Positions 1 to 11,143 are shown, counted from the first letter of the stretch. The stretch is DNA of 64,000 nucleotides from Saccostrea cucullata (GCF_032062105.1 NW_026937656.1:1-64000), one strand, 5' to 3'. Numbers and translations: made by a program. The notes: generated from the letters alone by a model not told the origin.

Positions 1-1170
1 ACATCAATTAGAGAAAAATGGGAATAAACTTCTTGGACTGTACGATAAAATTTAATCTTCCCAGGGATATCAAGGAGAAAAGTTCATCTTCACCCTCAAG
101 AAAAGTTAAAGACTTTTGTAGCATAGCAGAATTTTGTGTATATAACTTTAAAATTGTGTTTTTTATTTTTATGCATCTATAATTATGAAATATAGGTAGG
201 TAAATAAAAGTTTTACATATATATAAAATTACAAAGTTATTAAAAGTGTTTGTGTTGATTTATTTTACAATTTTGTTAAATTAATTATTTTCCCGCCAAA
301 ACTCTATTGAGCGATTGGTTTATTAATATCACATGATTACTGACCATAGACAAGTTTTGAATTCTTTGGGGTGTTGGTCACTTTTGTCCAGTGCTGTGGT
401 ACCAGCAGGTTGTGTCTATATTTAATTTACTTTAGAGGATTTTGGATTTTCAGTCATGGTATGTTTGACTTTTTGTTTGGTTTTTAACTTTGAAGTTTGA
501 GAATTGTTTCAGGATAAGATTTCTGCATTTTCCAGTAGTTAAAACTTGCATGTTTAATTCTTTTAGAACAGCACAGCACTTAGATAAATTTACCAGATTA
601 TTTGAGAGCCTAAATTCCATAATTTTGGTAAGTCGTTTGTTAGATATTATTTGTAAATGTAAGTGTAAATAATTGTTTGATTTTATCGCTAAACTTTCAT
701 AATTAAATAGGTTCAGTGGAGATCACTTTATAAATTAAATTTATGAGTGTTAAACTATAACGATATTGAGTTAATGCGTTCCGATACGTATTTTCAGTGA
801 GAGACTATTTTATGATTAGTGTTTTGTAATATAATATGAACACTTGATTATTGTATACATTACTGAGGTTTTGTACATTATTTAACAGGGCAAATTATCT
901 TTATAATCGGGAATATCCTATTTCCTATGTGTGAAATGAGTTGGAAATGTTATAATATATAACCTGCTGAACTTTGAAACCTGTGTTGTCTTCTTTTAAT
1001 ATACAACCAAGGTTTACACTTTGAAGAAGAGTGGCTCCAGTTAGGCCACGATTTTTCTGATTTAGTAGTAGTATTTATTTGGTATCATGTCATCATACAT
1101 AAAACAAATACACATAATTACACATGATCTTACAAAGATGAAAGCTGGTAATCAAGATTTTATAAATAAA

Positions 1171-1339
1171 CAAGAGGCCCACGGGCCTTATAGGTCACCT
1201 GAGCATCATGCAACAACATTCAAATGATTGAAATTTGTTTAATGTTTTAAGCTAGATGCTAAGGCATTCACAATTTTGGAAGAGGCACTCTTGCTCAACA
1301 TAACTATGTACTTAGTTAGTTTATTTAAAACCTAGGAGC

Positions 1340-1373
<34 letters not shown>

Positions 1374-2009
1374 CACTATATAATAAATAGAGCCCTGCCC
1401 TAACACCAGAACCCCTGACCCTGGGGCCATAAAATTCACAATTTTGGTAGAGGCACTCTTGCTCATCATAACTATTTACTTAGTTAGTTTATTTAAAACT
1501 TAGGAGCAGAGAAGAAGATTTTCAAAGATTTAATGCATTTTCACTATATAATCAATAGAGCCTCGCCCCAACACCAGAACCCATGACCCTGGGGCCATGA
1601 GTTTCACAATTTTGGTAGAGGCACTCTTGTTCATCATAACTATTTACTTAGTTTATTTAAAACCTAGGAGCAGAGAAGAAGATTTTCAAAGATTTAATAC
1701 ATTTTCACTATATAAACAATAGAGCCCTGCCCTAACACCAAAACCCCTGACCCTGGGGCAACAAAATTCACAATTTTGGTAGAGGCACTCTTGCTCATCA
1801 TAATTATTTACGGAATTAGTGTATTTAATACCTAGGAGCAGAGAAGAAGATTTTCAAAGATTTAATGCATTTTCATTATATAATCAATATAGAGCCCCGC
1901 CCTAACACCAGAACCCCTGACCCTGGGGCCATAAAATTCACAATTTATGAAGAGACACTCTTGCTCATCATAACTATGTGCTTAATTAGTTTATTTAATA
2001 CTCAGGAAC

Positions 2010-2043
<34 letters not shown>

Positions 2044-2617
2044 CACTATATAATCAATAGAGCCCCGCCCTAACACCAGAACCCCTGACCCTGGGGCCAT
2101 AAAATTCACAAATTTGGTAGAGCCACTCTTGCTCATCATAACTATGAACTTAATTTGTTTATTTAATACCCAGGAGCAGAGAAGAAGATTTTTAAAGACT
2201 TACTGCATTTTCACTATATAATCAATAGAGCCCCGCCCTAACACCAGAACCCCTGACCCTGCCATGAATTTCACAATTTTGGTAGAGGACTCAATGCTGA
2301 TTACAATCATACCAACAGTTTGACTGCTTGATGTCCGGGAGTAAAGAAGAAGATTTTTAAAGATTGCACTATTTATAGTGGTTTTTGCCCCACCCCCCAG
2401 GCCCCAGGGGGGCGGGGACCACGAAATTCACAATTTTTGTTCCCCTTCACCCATAGATGCTATATGCCAAATTTGGTTGAAATTGGTTCAGTGGTTTCAG
2501 AGAAGAAGCTGAAAATGTTTAAATGTTAACGCACGACGGACGACGGACGACAGACGACGGACGACGACGGACAAAAACGGATAGCAATAGGTCACCTGAG
2601 TTTACTCAGGTGACCTA
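1171..2617 (+). mobile_element. Non-autonomous Helentron-associated element (HINE-type) carrying a central satellite-like array
   Basis: Starts CAAGAGGCCCACGGGCC followed by the subterminal motif ATAGGTCACCTGAG. Contains a central tandem array, a (GACG)n-type microsatellite at ~2535-2575 and a terminal hairpin GGTCACCTGAG-TTTA-CTCAGGTGACC at 2590-2615. No TSD; flanks are A/T-rich. Confidence 0.85.
1265..2290. repeat. Tandem array of ~6 copies of a ~167-bp monomer inside the HINE
   Basis: TTCACAATTTTGGTAGAGGCACTCTTGCTCATCATAAC and GAGAAGAAGATTTTCAAAGA recur at ~163-170-bp spacing. Confidence 0.95.
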
Positions 2618-2823
2618 ATAATTTAACATGACTAGATAGATACCAGGATAACCCATTAAAGCTCGAGAGCTTATTTCCAATGGGGTCCTATCTTAAATAA
2701 CTTAAAAAAATAAATAACAATATTCCATCATCAAAGCACTGTAATACTTTTGGCACAATAATTTTAGCATGCACATCTAAATTAGGTTTAAGTATGACAA
2801 CATTGACATTATCAATAAAATGT

Positions 2824-3844
2824 TGTAATAGTGTTAGATTTGTATAATAAAGTTAGAGAACTTGCCAGAGTATTTATTTTAACTTTTATTTAACTTATTT
2901 AAAAACTTAGATCCACTCCTTAGTTCTCCCTTACCTGTATTACCTGTACATATATGTGTATATACCCCAGGGCATTGATCAGGTATTTTGGAAGTGGACA
3001 TTGTGATTTTGGGTTTTATTGGTCAGTGATTTAAAAGGTCGAATTCTATTGGTTTTCTTGGTTGGTCTGGATTTTTCCCGCTTAGTATGAGTATTCTTTG
3101 TTCTGTGGGTTGATCAGACAAGACCTTGATTTTGACATAGACTTGAGACTGAAGATTTTCCTTCTCTGGTAAGTTACTAATATTTTCTTATTTTAAATGT
3201 TTATCCTATAGAATGCAAAAGCTATCCATTTGCACTTAATTACTAAAGTGAATAAATGATTTTGAGAGAAAGTTATTTTATTATGCATATTTATTATTGG
3301 TTACAAGATCAATATGAAGTATTTACTAGAAGTAATTTGATATTACTCAGATTATGTGTTTTTATGATGATCAAAGATATTTTTGATTATATTGTTCAAA
3401 GTGAGCAATTAGTATATTTTTAAGAGATAATATTTTTAAATATTATTGTATTAAATTACAGATCACCATTCATATATAGACATATACATTTTGTCAGTCA
3501 GACAATTTATTGGGAAAGCCTGTTCCCACAGAATGGTGAGATTGATATGTTTTTACCTTTGATACTTTTTATTATTATTTTGGGAGAAATATGTCAAGAT
3601 TTATATATTTAAGAGTTATCTCCCTTTGATGATAATGTGTAAATTATAGAGGATGATAATCTAGGTATTATCTTCATGTAAAGTAATGAATGAACATGAT
3701 GTGTGTGATATTTACATTATATTTATTGCTGTTTTATGATATTTACAGGGCTATCTATGTATACCTATATGATCACTCCACTGTGAATAAATATTCAAAG
3801 AACCTGACAGGAATTTGTGTGTCATTGCCATACCCCCTGTTACA
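2824..3844 (+). repeat. 5' LTR of Gypsy-1
   Basis: TGTAATAGTG...CCCTGTTACA; direct repeat of 11154-12174; AATAAA at 3786-3791. Confidence 0.96.
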
Positions 3845-3846
3845 TT

Positions 3847-3863
3847 TGGCGCCCACGTTGGGA
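3847..3863 (+). promoter_or_regulatory. Primer-binding site, tRNA-Lys(CUU)-like
   Basis: TGGCGCCCACGTTGGGA lies 2 nt after the LTR. The first 9 nt match the canonical Lys1,2 PBS TGGCGCCCAACGTGGGG. Confidence 0.8.
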
Positions 3864-5527
3864 CACAGTGGCCTTGATTGACCGAGTATACATCAGGAGC
3901 AGACTGGAGACAAGTGTATGGTGTGTGTGCATTGCCTTTACCGATCCATGGAGATCATCAGACCGTGACCCATGAACTTACCAATGGTGATTGCATTAAT
4001 ACACCTAAGTTACAAACTTTGATCCGCGCCTAACAGGTGACATTCCGTAGGATCATCTGTGACACCGGTGTAGTGCATTTGACAGTGTGAGACTGCATGA
4101 AATAACTTTATCTGTGATATTTATCTTTACCAGCTGGTGAGTTACATGCATGTTTTAAAACTGTAGATATTAGAATTTGGTGCACCAGTAGAGTTAAATT
4201 TTGTTTATATATATTTTTTTTCTATGTAAAGTTTCAGTTATATTTATTATCAATCAGTGGTGTAAATATTTTTGAAAGGCCTCTAATTAGCTATAGCTAG
4301 CAATATTTTTATAGACCAGTTCTGATTATTGTCTGTCTGAGTCCGTCATAACTGGGTTTATTATTTTTTACTGTGCACATATTGGTATTATTAGAACTTT
4401 AAAATGTAAGAAGAACAGCAGTGAGAGTGACTCAGTGAGAGCCTGGTAAGTTGTGTAATTAACAGTGCACATATTTCCCTCATTCCATTCCCAGTATTAG
4501 TTAGTATTTAACTGCTATCTCTTTCAACTGACATTTTACAGACGAGACAGTAAGACTGCAATAGTTGAATTTACAAGTTTATATTGGTTGTGTTCAAGTT
4601 GGTTGATTTGAGTTTGTCGTGATATTTTGTGAGGTCATAGTTGCTTCAGTGTTTATCAGTGGTTTTTGAATTGTCTGGTAGTTAATTCCAAACCCCCTAT
4701 ATTACCCCAAATCCCATTTGTACTTATTATTTACATTTAGAGTAGAGTTAGTATTATTTCATACGTATCAATTTAGATCGGGTTCGGTTTCATCTCCGTA
4801 TTTCAATCGAGTTCGGTTTTGTTTTGCGAATTCCGATCGAGCTCGAAATCCGTTCATTCATAAACCGGAAGTTTACAAAACGTGATTCGGTTTTTCTGAA
4901 TTTTTTTGTTTTCAGCACTTTAGATTTGTTTTAAAACTTCAACAACAATCTTTGCATTTAGAATTTGTGTTTCTGTGTTATAATCTTACAGAGTCCAAGT
5001 TCCCAGGTAAATATTTCTGCTTAAAACCTCGTATTTATCTTATCATCGAAGTAAAATCAGCTGATTTGGATCGACAAGTAAGTTCATATTGACAAAGTTA
5101 CCTGTTTGTTTTCAGTATTGATATTATTTGCTGATAATTTAGGTCTGTTTTTGAATCGTTTTACGTTTACCAAACTTACTCTTTGTAGTACAAAAGATTG
5201 AAAGTCTTCTTTATTGCAGGTTGTAAATAGTATATTGTTTTTCAGCAGTAAGATAAAATATTTTGAGTGCATTTATTGACCGGAAGTGCAGCACTTAGCG
5301 GAAGTGCATCCTACTTTCATTTTCTATTTATATCCTGACTTTGTTTATATATTTCCAAAGATTATTAGTTCATTCTGAACTACCCTCCTGGAATTATTTC
5401 AATTTTATTTCAGCATGAGATAAATTAAACATACAAACAATTGCTTACTTTTGAATATTGGATATTGCTTTGTAGTATTGTAAATATTTTGTAATATTAT
5501 TTGTTTCTACCAAACAATTGTTCAACA

Positions 5528-6766
5528 ATGAATCCTGAGGAAGCAGCGATGACACAGCATGAAGTGAAGAAGAATCCTGAGGAAGCAGCGATGACGCAGC
5601 AGGAAGTGAAGAACATGCTCATAGCCTGGAAAGCCATGAAGTTGAAGCCCAAGGCTGATAGCCCGCAGGACTTCATAGACTGGATGACGGCTACATTCAT
5701 AAAGGAAGAACCTAAAGAGACAACTGCATCTCCAAGCAAAACAACTTCGAGTAACACAGCTCAACCGCCACCATCTTCTGGGAAACTGACGCCTTATACT
5801 CCGTTCCCACGGATATCTACCTTCTCAGGAGATAGTAAGAGTGACGTTACTTATGATGTTTGGAAATATGAAGTGGAATGCCTCATCAACGAATCATATC
5901 ATCCAGATGCTATCCATCATGCTATCAGACGCTCGTTAAAGGGAGAGGCAAGTCGTGTGATAGTACATCTTGGACCAGGGGCATCTACTGCAGTTATCAT
6001 CCAGAAACTAGACAGCATCTATGGTACCGTAGCTGAGAAGGAGGACATACTCTCCGAGTTCTATAGTGCTAGACAAAAGGATGATGAGGAATGTGCAAGA
6101 TGGAGTTGCAGATTAGAGGACATTCTAAGCAAAGCCATACAGAAAGGACTTATTGCACAGTCACAGTCCAATGAGATGCTACGGACAATGTTCTTCAAGG
6201 GATTAAGGCCATCACTTAAAGATATTTGTGGACATCTCTTTGACAAAATTCCTGACTTTGATGAGCTCAGATCAGCAGTGAGGAAAGTTGAGATGGAGCA
6301 TCAACCTCAAGTCAAAGAAAAGAAATCAGCCACCGCAAAAGCCGCAACACCTGCTGAACACTCAACTGATAGAATTGATGATCTTGAGGCAAAGATTAAT
6401 CAACTGACCACTGCAATGCAAGGATTTAATGATCGTCAGTACACTTACAACAGACGACTACCACAAACATTCAGTGCACCCAGACCATCCTTTCAAAGAG
6501 GTAGACAAGGAAGAGGTTACAGAGGAGGATACAAACAGAATCCAAGGATACCTACATCTCAAGTCACACAGGATGAAATGCTGGAACCTCCGAGATTTAG
6601 ACAAAAAGAACCACCTACCTGCTACAGATGTGGACAAGTTGGACACATTGCAGTAGGATGCAGAGTAATGGTGGATCACAGACGCCAAGCTTTAAACTAC
6701 AACAAGTCAACCCCTGGGGACGAGGAGTTGGCTCGAGGACCAAGAGTCCCAGGACGGAAATCATAG
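5528..6766 (+). CDS. gag: Gag (PNMA/Arc-like capsid domain plus CCHC zinc knuckle)
   Basis: First ATG at 5528 within ORF 5501-6766. Capsid-like motifs FSGD..YDVWKYEV and AIRRSLKGEA; knuckle CYRCGQVGHIAVGC. Confidence 0.92.
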   Translation: MNPEEAAMTQHEVKKNPEEAAMTQQEVKNMLIAWKAMKLKPKADSPQDFIDWMTATFIKEEPKETTASPSKTTSSNTAQPPPSSGKLTPYTPFPRISTFSGDSKSDVTYDVWKYEVECLINESYHPDAIHHAIRRSLKGEASRVIVHLGPGASTAVIIQKLDSIYGTVAEKEDILSEFYSARQKDDEECARWSCRLEDILSKAIQKGLIAQSQSNEMLRTMFFKGLRPSLKDICGHLFDKIPDFDELRSAVRKVEMEHQPQVKEKKSATAKAATPAEHSTDRIDDLEAKINQLTTAMQGFNDRQYTYNRRLPQTFSAPRPSFQRGRQGRGYRGGYKQNPRIPTSQVTQDEMLEPPRFRQKEPPTCYRCGQVGHIAVGCRVMVDHRRQALNYNKSTPGDEELARGPRVPGRKS

Positions 6767-9700
6767 GAAAGCCAAATGAGATTACAGTTGCCATCAACGA
6801 CATTCAGTGTACAGCTCTACTAGATACCGGTGCCACCGTATCTACGATTAGCCAGTCCTTTTATGACCAGTATCTTCAAGATGTAGAGTTACATCCCATT
6901 GAAGAGGCCATTAATATAGAATGTGCTGATGGACAACTGATGCCATATAATGGCTATGTGTGTGTCAACCTATCACCATTTGGTATTCCAACATTAGAAA
7001 GACTCCAGGATTGTTTATTCCTCGTTGTTCCGAATAGCAACTACAACCTGCATGTTCCTGTGCTTATCGGAACCAACATAATACAGAGTCTGATAGACGT
7101 TACAAAGGAGGAATATGGATCCAGATTTCTTCAAGAAGCAGCTTTGACGACACCCTGGTACTTAGCCTTTCGCTGCATTACTATTAGAGAGAAAGACTTA
7201 AGTAGGAATGGGTATGTGCTAGGCTTAGTGAAAAGTGCAGAGACATCCAGAGTGATCATCCCTCCTAATAGTAATGTTACCATCAATGGATACATTGACA
7301 AGAAGATTCCTTACCACAAATGTATTGTCATGATGCATGAATCTAACAGATCCTGTATTCCAAGTGATGTCGACATTGAGGCAACTCTCCATCCTTATTT
7401 GTTCGAGGATCATCAGATAATGCCTGTAACCATCAACAATGTCACAACTAGAACCATCTCAGTTTCACCAAAGAGCATCATTTGTGAGATTCAACCAGTC
7501 GAAATACAGGATACAGGACCAACACCCAGTGAATCTTCTTCCGTGTCGCCAGAATTAGAGGATATTCTATCCAAAATCCACCTACCAGAGGATATATCAG
7601 ATGAAGAACGACACGCATTCAGAGAATTAGTGGAGTCGTACCAGGATATATTTTCAACAGGTGCTACCGACATTGGTACAACAGACAAAGTGAAGCACAG
7701 AATTGAACTTGCTGACTCAACACCATTTAAGCAAAAGTACCGAAGAATTCCACCTGCTATGATCGATGAAGTCAGGTCGCACATAAAGGAGTTGCTGGCA
7801 GCAGGAATTATCAGACCTTCACACTCACCTTTCTCCTCCAATGTCGTGCTGGTTAGGAAGAGTGATGGATCTCTGCGACTCTGCATCGATTATCGGCAGT
7901 TGAACTCCAGAACTGTGAAAGACAACTATGCTTTGCCCAGAATTGAGGAGATACTAGACTCGCTATCAGGAAACACCTACTTCAGCGTTCTTGATATGAA
8001 ATCAGGATACCATCAAATAGAGATTGATGAGCGGCATAAAGAACGAACAGCATTTACAGTCGGCCCTCTCGGATTTTATGAGTTTAATAAAATGAGTTTT
8101 GGCTTAGCTAACGCACCTGCAACTTACCAACGTTTACAAGAGCAGTGTTTAGGTGATTTACATCTCAAAATTTGTTTTATATATTTAGACGACTTAATTA
8201 TATTTTCGAAATCTTTCAGAGAACATATCCAGAGATTACAACAAGTTTTTCAGAGAATAAGAGACTATGGGCTTAAGCTTTCTCCCAAGAAGTGTTCCCT
8301 ATTCATGAAGAAAGTTAAGTATGTAGGACACATTGTGTCTGAACATGGGGTTGAGCCAGACCCTGACAAGCTGTCTAAAGTCAAAAACTGGCCAGTTCCA
8401 ACCAACGCAGAGGAAGTAAGGCAATTTTTAGGCTTCGCAGGTTATTACCGCAAGTTTATCCAGGATTTCGCAAAAATTGCCAGACCATTAATCGATATTA
8501 TGGCTGTAGGAAAGAAGTCGAAAGGAAAACAGAAACCAGACCCTAAATGGAAATGGGAAAAAGAACAACAAGAGGCATTTAATTCACTTAAAGACAAACT
8601 TACATCACCACCTGTCTTAGGCTACCCGGATTTCAACAAACCGTTCAAGTTACATACAGATGCTTGCCAGACAGGTCTTGGAGCAGTCTTATACCAAGAA
8701 CAGAAAGGGAAAGATAGAGTCATTGCCTATGCCAGCAGGGGATTGAGTAAGTCGGAAAAGAACTATCCAACACACAAACTTGAATTTTTGGCTTTGAAGT
8801 GGGCGATTACTGAAAAATTTTCTGATTATTTACAAGGCAAGGAATTTACAGTTTACACCGACAACAACCCTTTAACCTATGTTTTAAGCACTGCTAAATT
8901 GGATTCTACCGGACATCGTTGGATTTCTGCCTTGGCCTCCTTCAACTTCAAAATTTTATACCGACCAGGAAAATCAAACACGGATGCGGATAGACTTTCC
9001 AGACTCAACAACAACATGGAAACCATCAACAGCGACTCTATCAAAGCCATATGCCAAATTGGACAGCCATATGCAGAGACCTTAGCCATAGATGATGCTA
9101 TTTGCCAGATTATGCAGCCAACTTTAGAAATAGCAGATCATCTGGACATATCAACTATCCAAGACAAGGACCCTACCATATCATTCTGGAAAACCCAAGT
9201 GGAATTAGGAACCAGACCAGATAGGGATTCCTTGAACACCGAAGTTGACTTAATTTATTACAGAAATTTTTCCAAATTAAAGATCAAAGATGACATTCTA
9301 CTTCGAGAAGTGAAAACAGAGAACAGCATCATTTACCAGTCAGTTATACCCATGTCCACCATACCAACTGTGTTACACCACCTACACAATAAGATGGGAC
9401 ATTTGGGCAGAGATAAGACCATTTCATTAGTTCGTCAAAGATTTTATTGGCCAAAGATGCAGCAAGATATTATCAACTGGATTGATGGTTGTGATAGATG
9501 TATGAAGACAAAGACAAGTGACCAGAAAGCGGAATTAGTCAACATAAGAACATCACAACCACTGGAACTTGTATGCATGGATTTCCTTACATTGGAACCA
9601 GCAAAAGGAGGAATACAAAATATTTTAGTGATAACAGACCATTTTACCCGGTTCGCAGTGGCAGTACCAACTCGAAATCAGACAGCCAAAACAACTGCAG

Positions 9701-11055
9701 AAGCTATCTTTAATCATTTCATTCTTCACTATGGTATTCCAGAGAAACTCCATTCAGATCAAGGGACCAACTTCTGCAGCAACATCATCAAAGAACTATG
9801 TACACTCTTAGAAATTTCCAAATCTAGAACAACCCCCTACCATCCGATGGGTAATGGACTTACAGAACGTTTTAACCGAACTTTACTTTCTATGCTCAGG
9901 ACTTTGGAAAATTCACAGAAAGCTGACTGGAAAAGCCACATCAACTCCTTAGTCCATGCGTACAATTCCACAACCAACGATACAACAGGATACTCGCCAT
10001 TTTATTTAATGTTTGGCAGAGAGCCTAACCTACCAATTGATGTCATCTTTGGGTTTAAGCATCCTGATGAGGAAGGTTGCAACACCAAATATGTAGACAG
10101 ATTGAAGCAACGACTACAAGAGGCATACAGACTAGCCAATACCGCAGTCAAGCATTCCCAACAACGACAGAAGGAACACTACAATCTAAGAGCACGAGCA
10201 GCTACTTTACAGGTCGGAGACCGTGTATTGGTTAAGATTGTAGCATATGATGGGAAACATAAGATTGCCGACAAGTGGGAAGATGAGCCCTATGTAGTCA
10301 TTGCCCAAGCTAATGAAGATATACCTGTGTATAAAGTCAGAAGAGAGGATGGTGAAGGAAGATTCAAAGTACTCCACAGAAATCTTTTACTTCCAATTGG
10401 TTCCAAATTACAGAAACCTACACCTCCTCCAGCAAAACCACCAAGAGGTAGAAGGAAGGCAGTGAGAAAAGAGGTACCAGTAGAAACAGTTTCTATTGAG
10501 AATTCTTTTTCAGATTCTGATAGTGAATTTTCTTTTGTAGGTTACCCTACAATGCAGACAGAAGATTCCCACACAGATATTCCCAGTCAAGATGGTGACG
10601 ACCATTCCTTGACTGAGGAAGCTTCAGTTATTGGTTCAGGAGAGGACGCTCTTCAACAGGAGGAACCTGTGGACCAAGCTGAGGAAGATGCTGATGTTGA
10701 TGAAGACACTCAGCCTGATGTTGATGAAGATGCTCAGCCTGATGTTGATGAAGATGCTCAGTCTGATGTTGATGACGATGCTGATGATACTGATATGCCT
10801 TCACATCCTGATCACCAGGAGGATGAGCCTTCTACCCAAGTACCAGTACCAGCACCAAGAAGATCAACAAGAGCCAAGAGTAAGCCACCATGGACAAAGG
10901 ATTTCATCATGATGAACCAGAATGTGACGCAACCAGACTGGCTACAGAGAGCAAACTACATAACGGCTTTGATGAAACAAGGAACTCTACAGAGTGTGGA
11001 CTCTAGTGTTTGCCAGTTGGCTTTATTGAATCTGGTTTCATCATCATCGAAGTAA
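6628..11055 (+). CDS. pol: Pol polyprotein (aspartic protease, RT, RNase H, integrase), probably made as Gag-Pol
   Basis: Protease LLDTGA; RT LRLCIDYRQLN and YLDDLII; RNase H TDAC and YTDNNPL; integrase HHCC (HNKMGH...CDRC) with CMDF, HSDQG and GNGLTER. No stops over 1475 codons. Confidence 0.97.
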   Translation: MWTSWTHCSRMQSNGGSQTPSFKLQQVNPWGRGVGSRTKSPRTEIIGKPNEITVAINDIQCTALLDTGATVSTISQSFYDQYLQDVELHPIEEAINIECADGQLMPYNGYVCVNLSPFGIPTLERLQDCLFLVVPNSNYNLHVPVLIGTNIIQSLIDVTKEEYGSRFLQEAALTTPWYLAFRCITIREKDLSRNGYVLGLVKSAETSRVIIPPNSNVTINGYIDKKIPYHKCIVMMHESNRSCIPSDVDIEATLHPYLFEDHQIMPVTINNVTTRTISVSPKSIICEIQPVEIQDTGPTPSESSSVSPELEDILSKIHLPEDISDEERHAFRELVESYQDIFSTGATDIGTTDKVKHRIELADSTPFKQKYRRIPPAMIDEVRSHIKELLAAGIIRPSHSPFSSNVVLVRKSDGSLRLCIDYRQLNSRTVKDNYALPRIEEILDSLSGNTYFSVLDMKSGYHQIEIDERHKERTAFTVGPLGFYEFNKMSFGLANAPATYQRLQEQCLGDLHLKICFIYLDDLIIFSKSFREHIQRLQQVFQRIRDYGLKLSPKKCSLFMKKVKYVGHIVSEHGVEPDPDKLSKVKNWPVPTNAEEVRQFLGFAGYYRKFIQDFAKIARPLIDIMAVGKKSKGKQKPDPKWKWEKEQQEAFNSLKDKLTSPPVLGYPDFNKPFKLHTDACQTGLGAVLYQEQKGKDRVIAYASRGLSKSEKNYPTHKLEFLALKWAITEKFSDYLQGKEFTVYTDNNPLTYVLSTAKLDSTGHRWISALASFNFKILYRPGKSNTDADRLSRLNNNMETINSDSIKAICQIGQPYAETLAIDDAICQIMQPTLEIADHLDISTIQDKDPTISFWKTQVELGTRPDRDSLNTEVDLIYYRNFSKLKIKDDILLREVKTENSIIYQSVIPMSTIPTVLHHLHNKMGHLGRDKTISLVRQRFYWPKMQQDIINWIDGCDRCMKTKTSDQKAELVNIRTSQPLELVCMDFLTLEPAKGGIQNILVITDHFTRFAVAVPTRNQTAKTTAEAIFNHFILHYGIPEKLHSDQGTNFCSNIIKELCTLLEISKSRTTPYHPMGNGLTERFNRTLLSMLRTLENSQKADWKSHINSLVHAYNSTTNDTTGYSPFYLMFGREPNLPIDVIFGFKHPDEEGCNTKYVDRLKQRLQEAYRLANTAVKHSQQRQKEHYNLRARAATLQVGDRVLVKIVAYDGKHKIADKWEDEPYVVIAQANEDIPVYKVRREDGEGRFKVLHRNLLLPIGSKLQKPTPPPAKPPRGRRKAVRKEVPVETVSIENSFSDSDSEFSFVGYPTMQTEDSHTDIPSQDGDDHSLTEEASVIGSGEDALQQEEPVDQAEEDADVDEDTQPDVDEDAQPDVDEDAQSDVDDDADDTDMPSHPDHQEDEPSTQVPVPAPRRSTRAKSKPPWTKDFIMMNQNVTQPDWLQRANYITALMKQGTLQSVDSSVCQLALLNLVSSSSK
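6691..6753 (+). promoter_or_regulatory. -1 programmed ribosomal frameshift signal (U UUA AAC plus H-type pseudoknot)
   Basis: Heptamer TTTAAAC at 6691-6697 is in gag phase, and pol is in the -1 frame. After a 7-nt spacer: stem 1 AGTCAAC/GTTGGCT, stem 2 CCTGGGGAC/GTCCCAGG. Confidence 0.85.
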
Positions 11056-11143
11056 TGTTTTAATTGTATATTGTTTATTTTAATGCTTTATATTACAGGA
11101 TTATTGTTTCCCTTTTGAATGACGTGGACGTCATTCCGCAACC

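Noticed and set aside
1265-2290. Regularly spaced repeats as a CRISPR array
   Set aside because: The whole ~167-bp unit repeats; there are no unique spacers or cas genes.
5497-9089. Antisense and alternative-frame ORFs overlapping Gypsy-1 gag/pol
   Set aside because: Shadow ORFs with no recognisable motifs.
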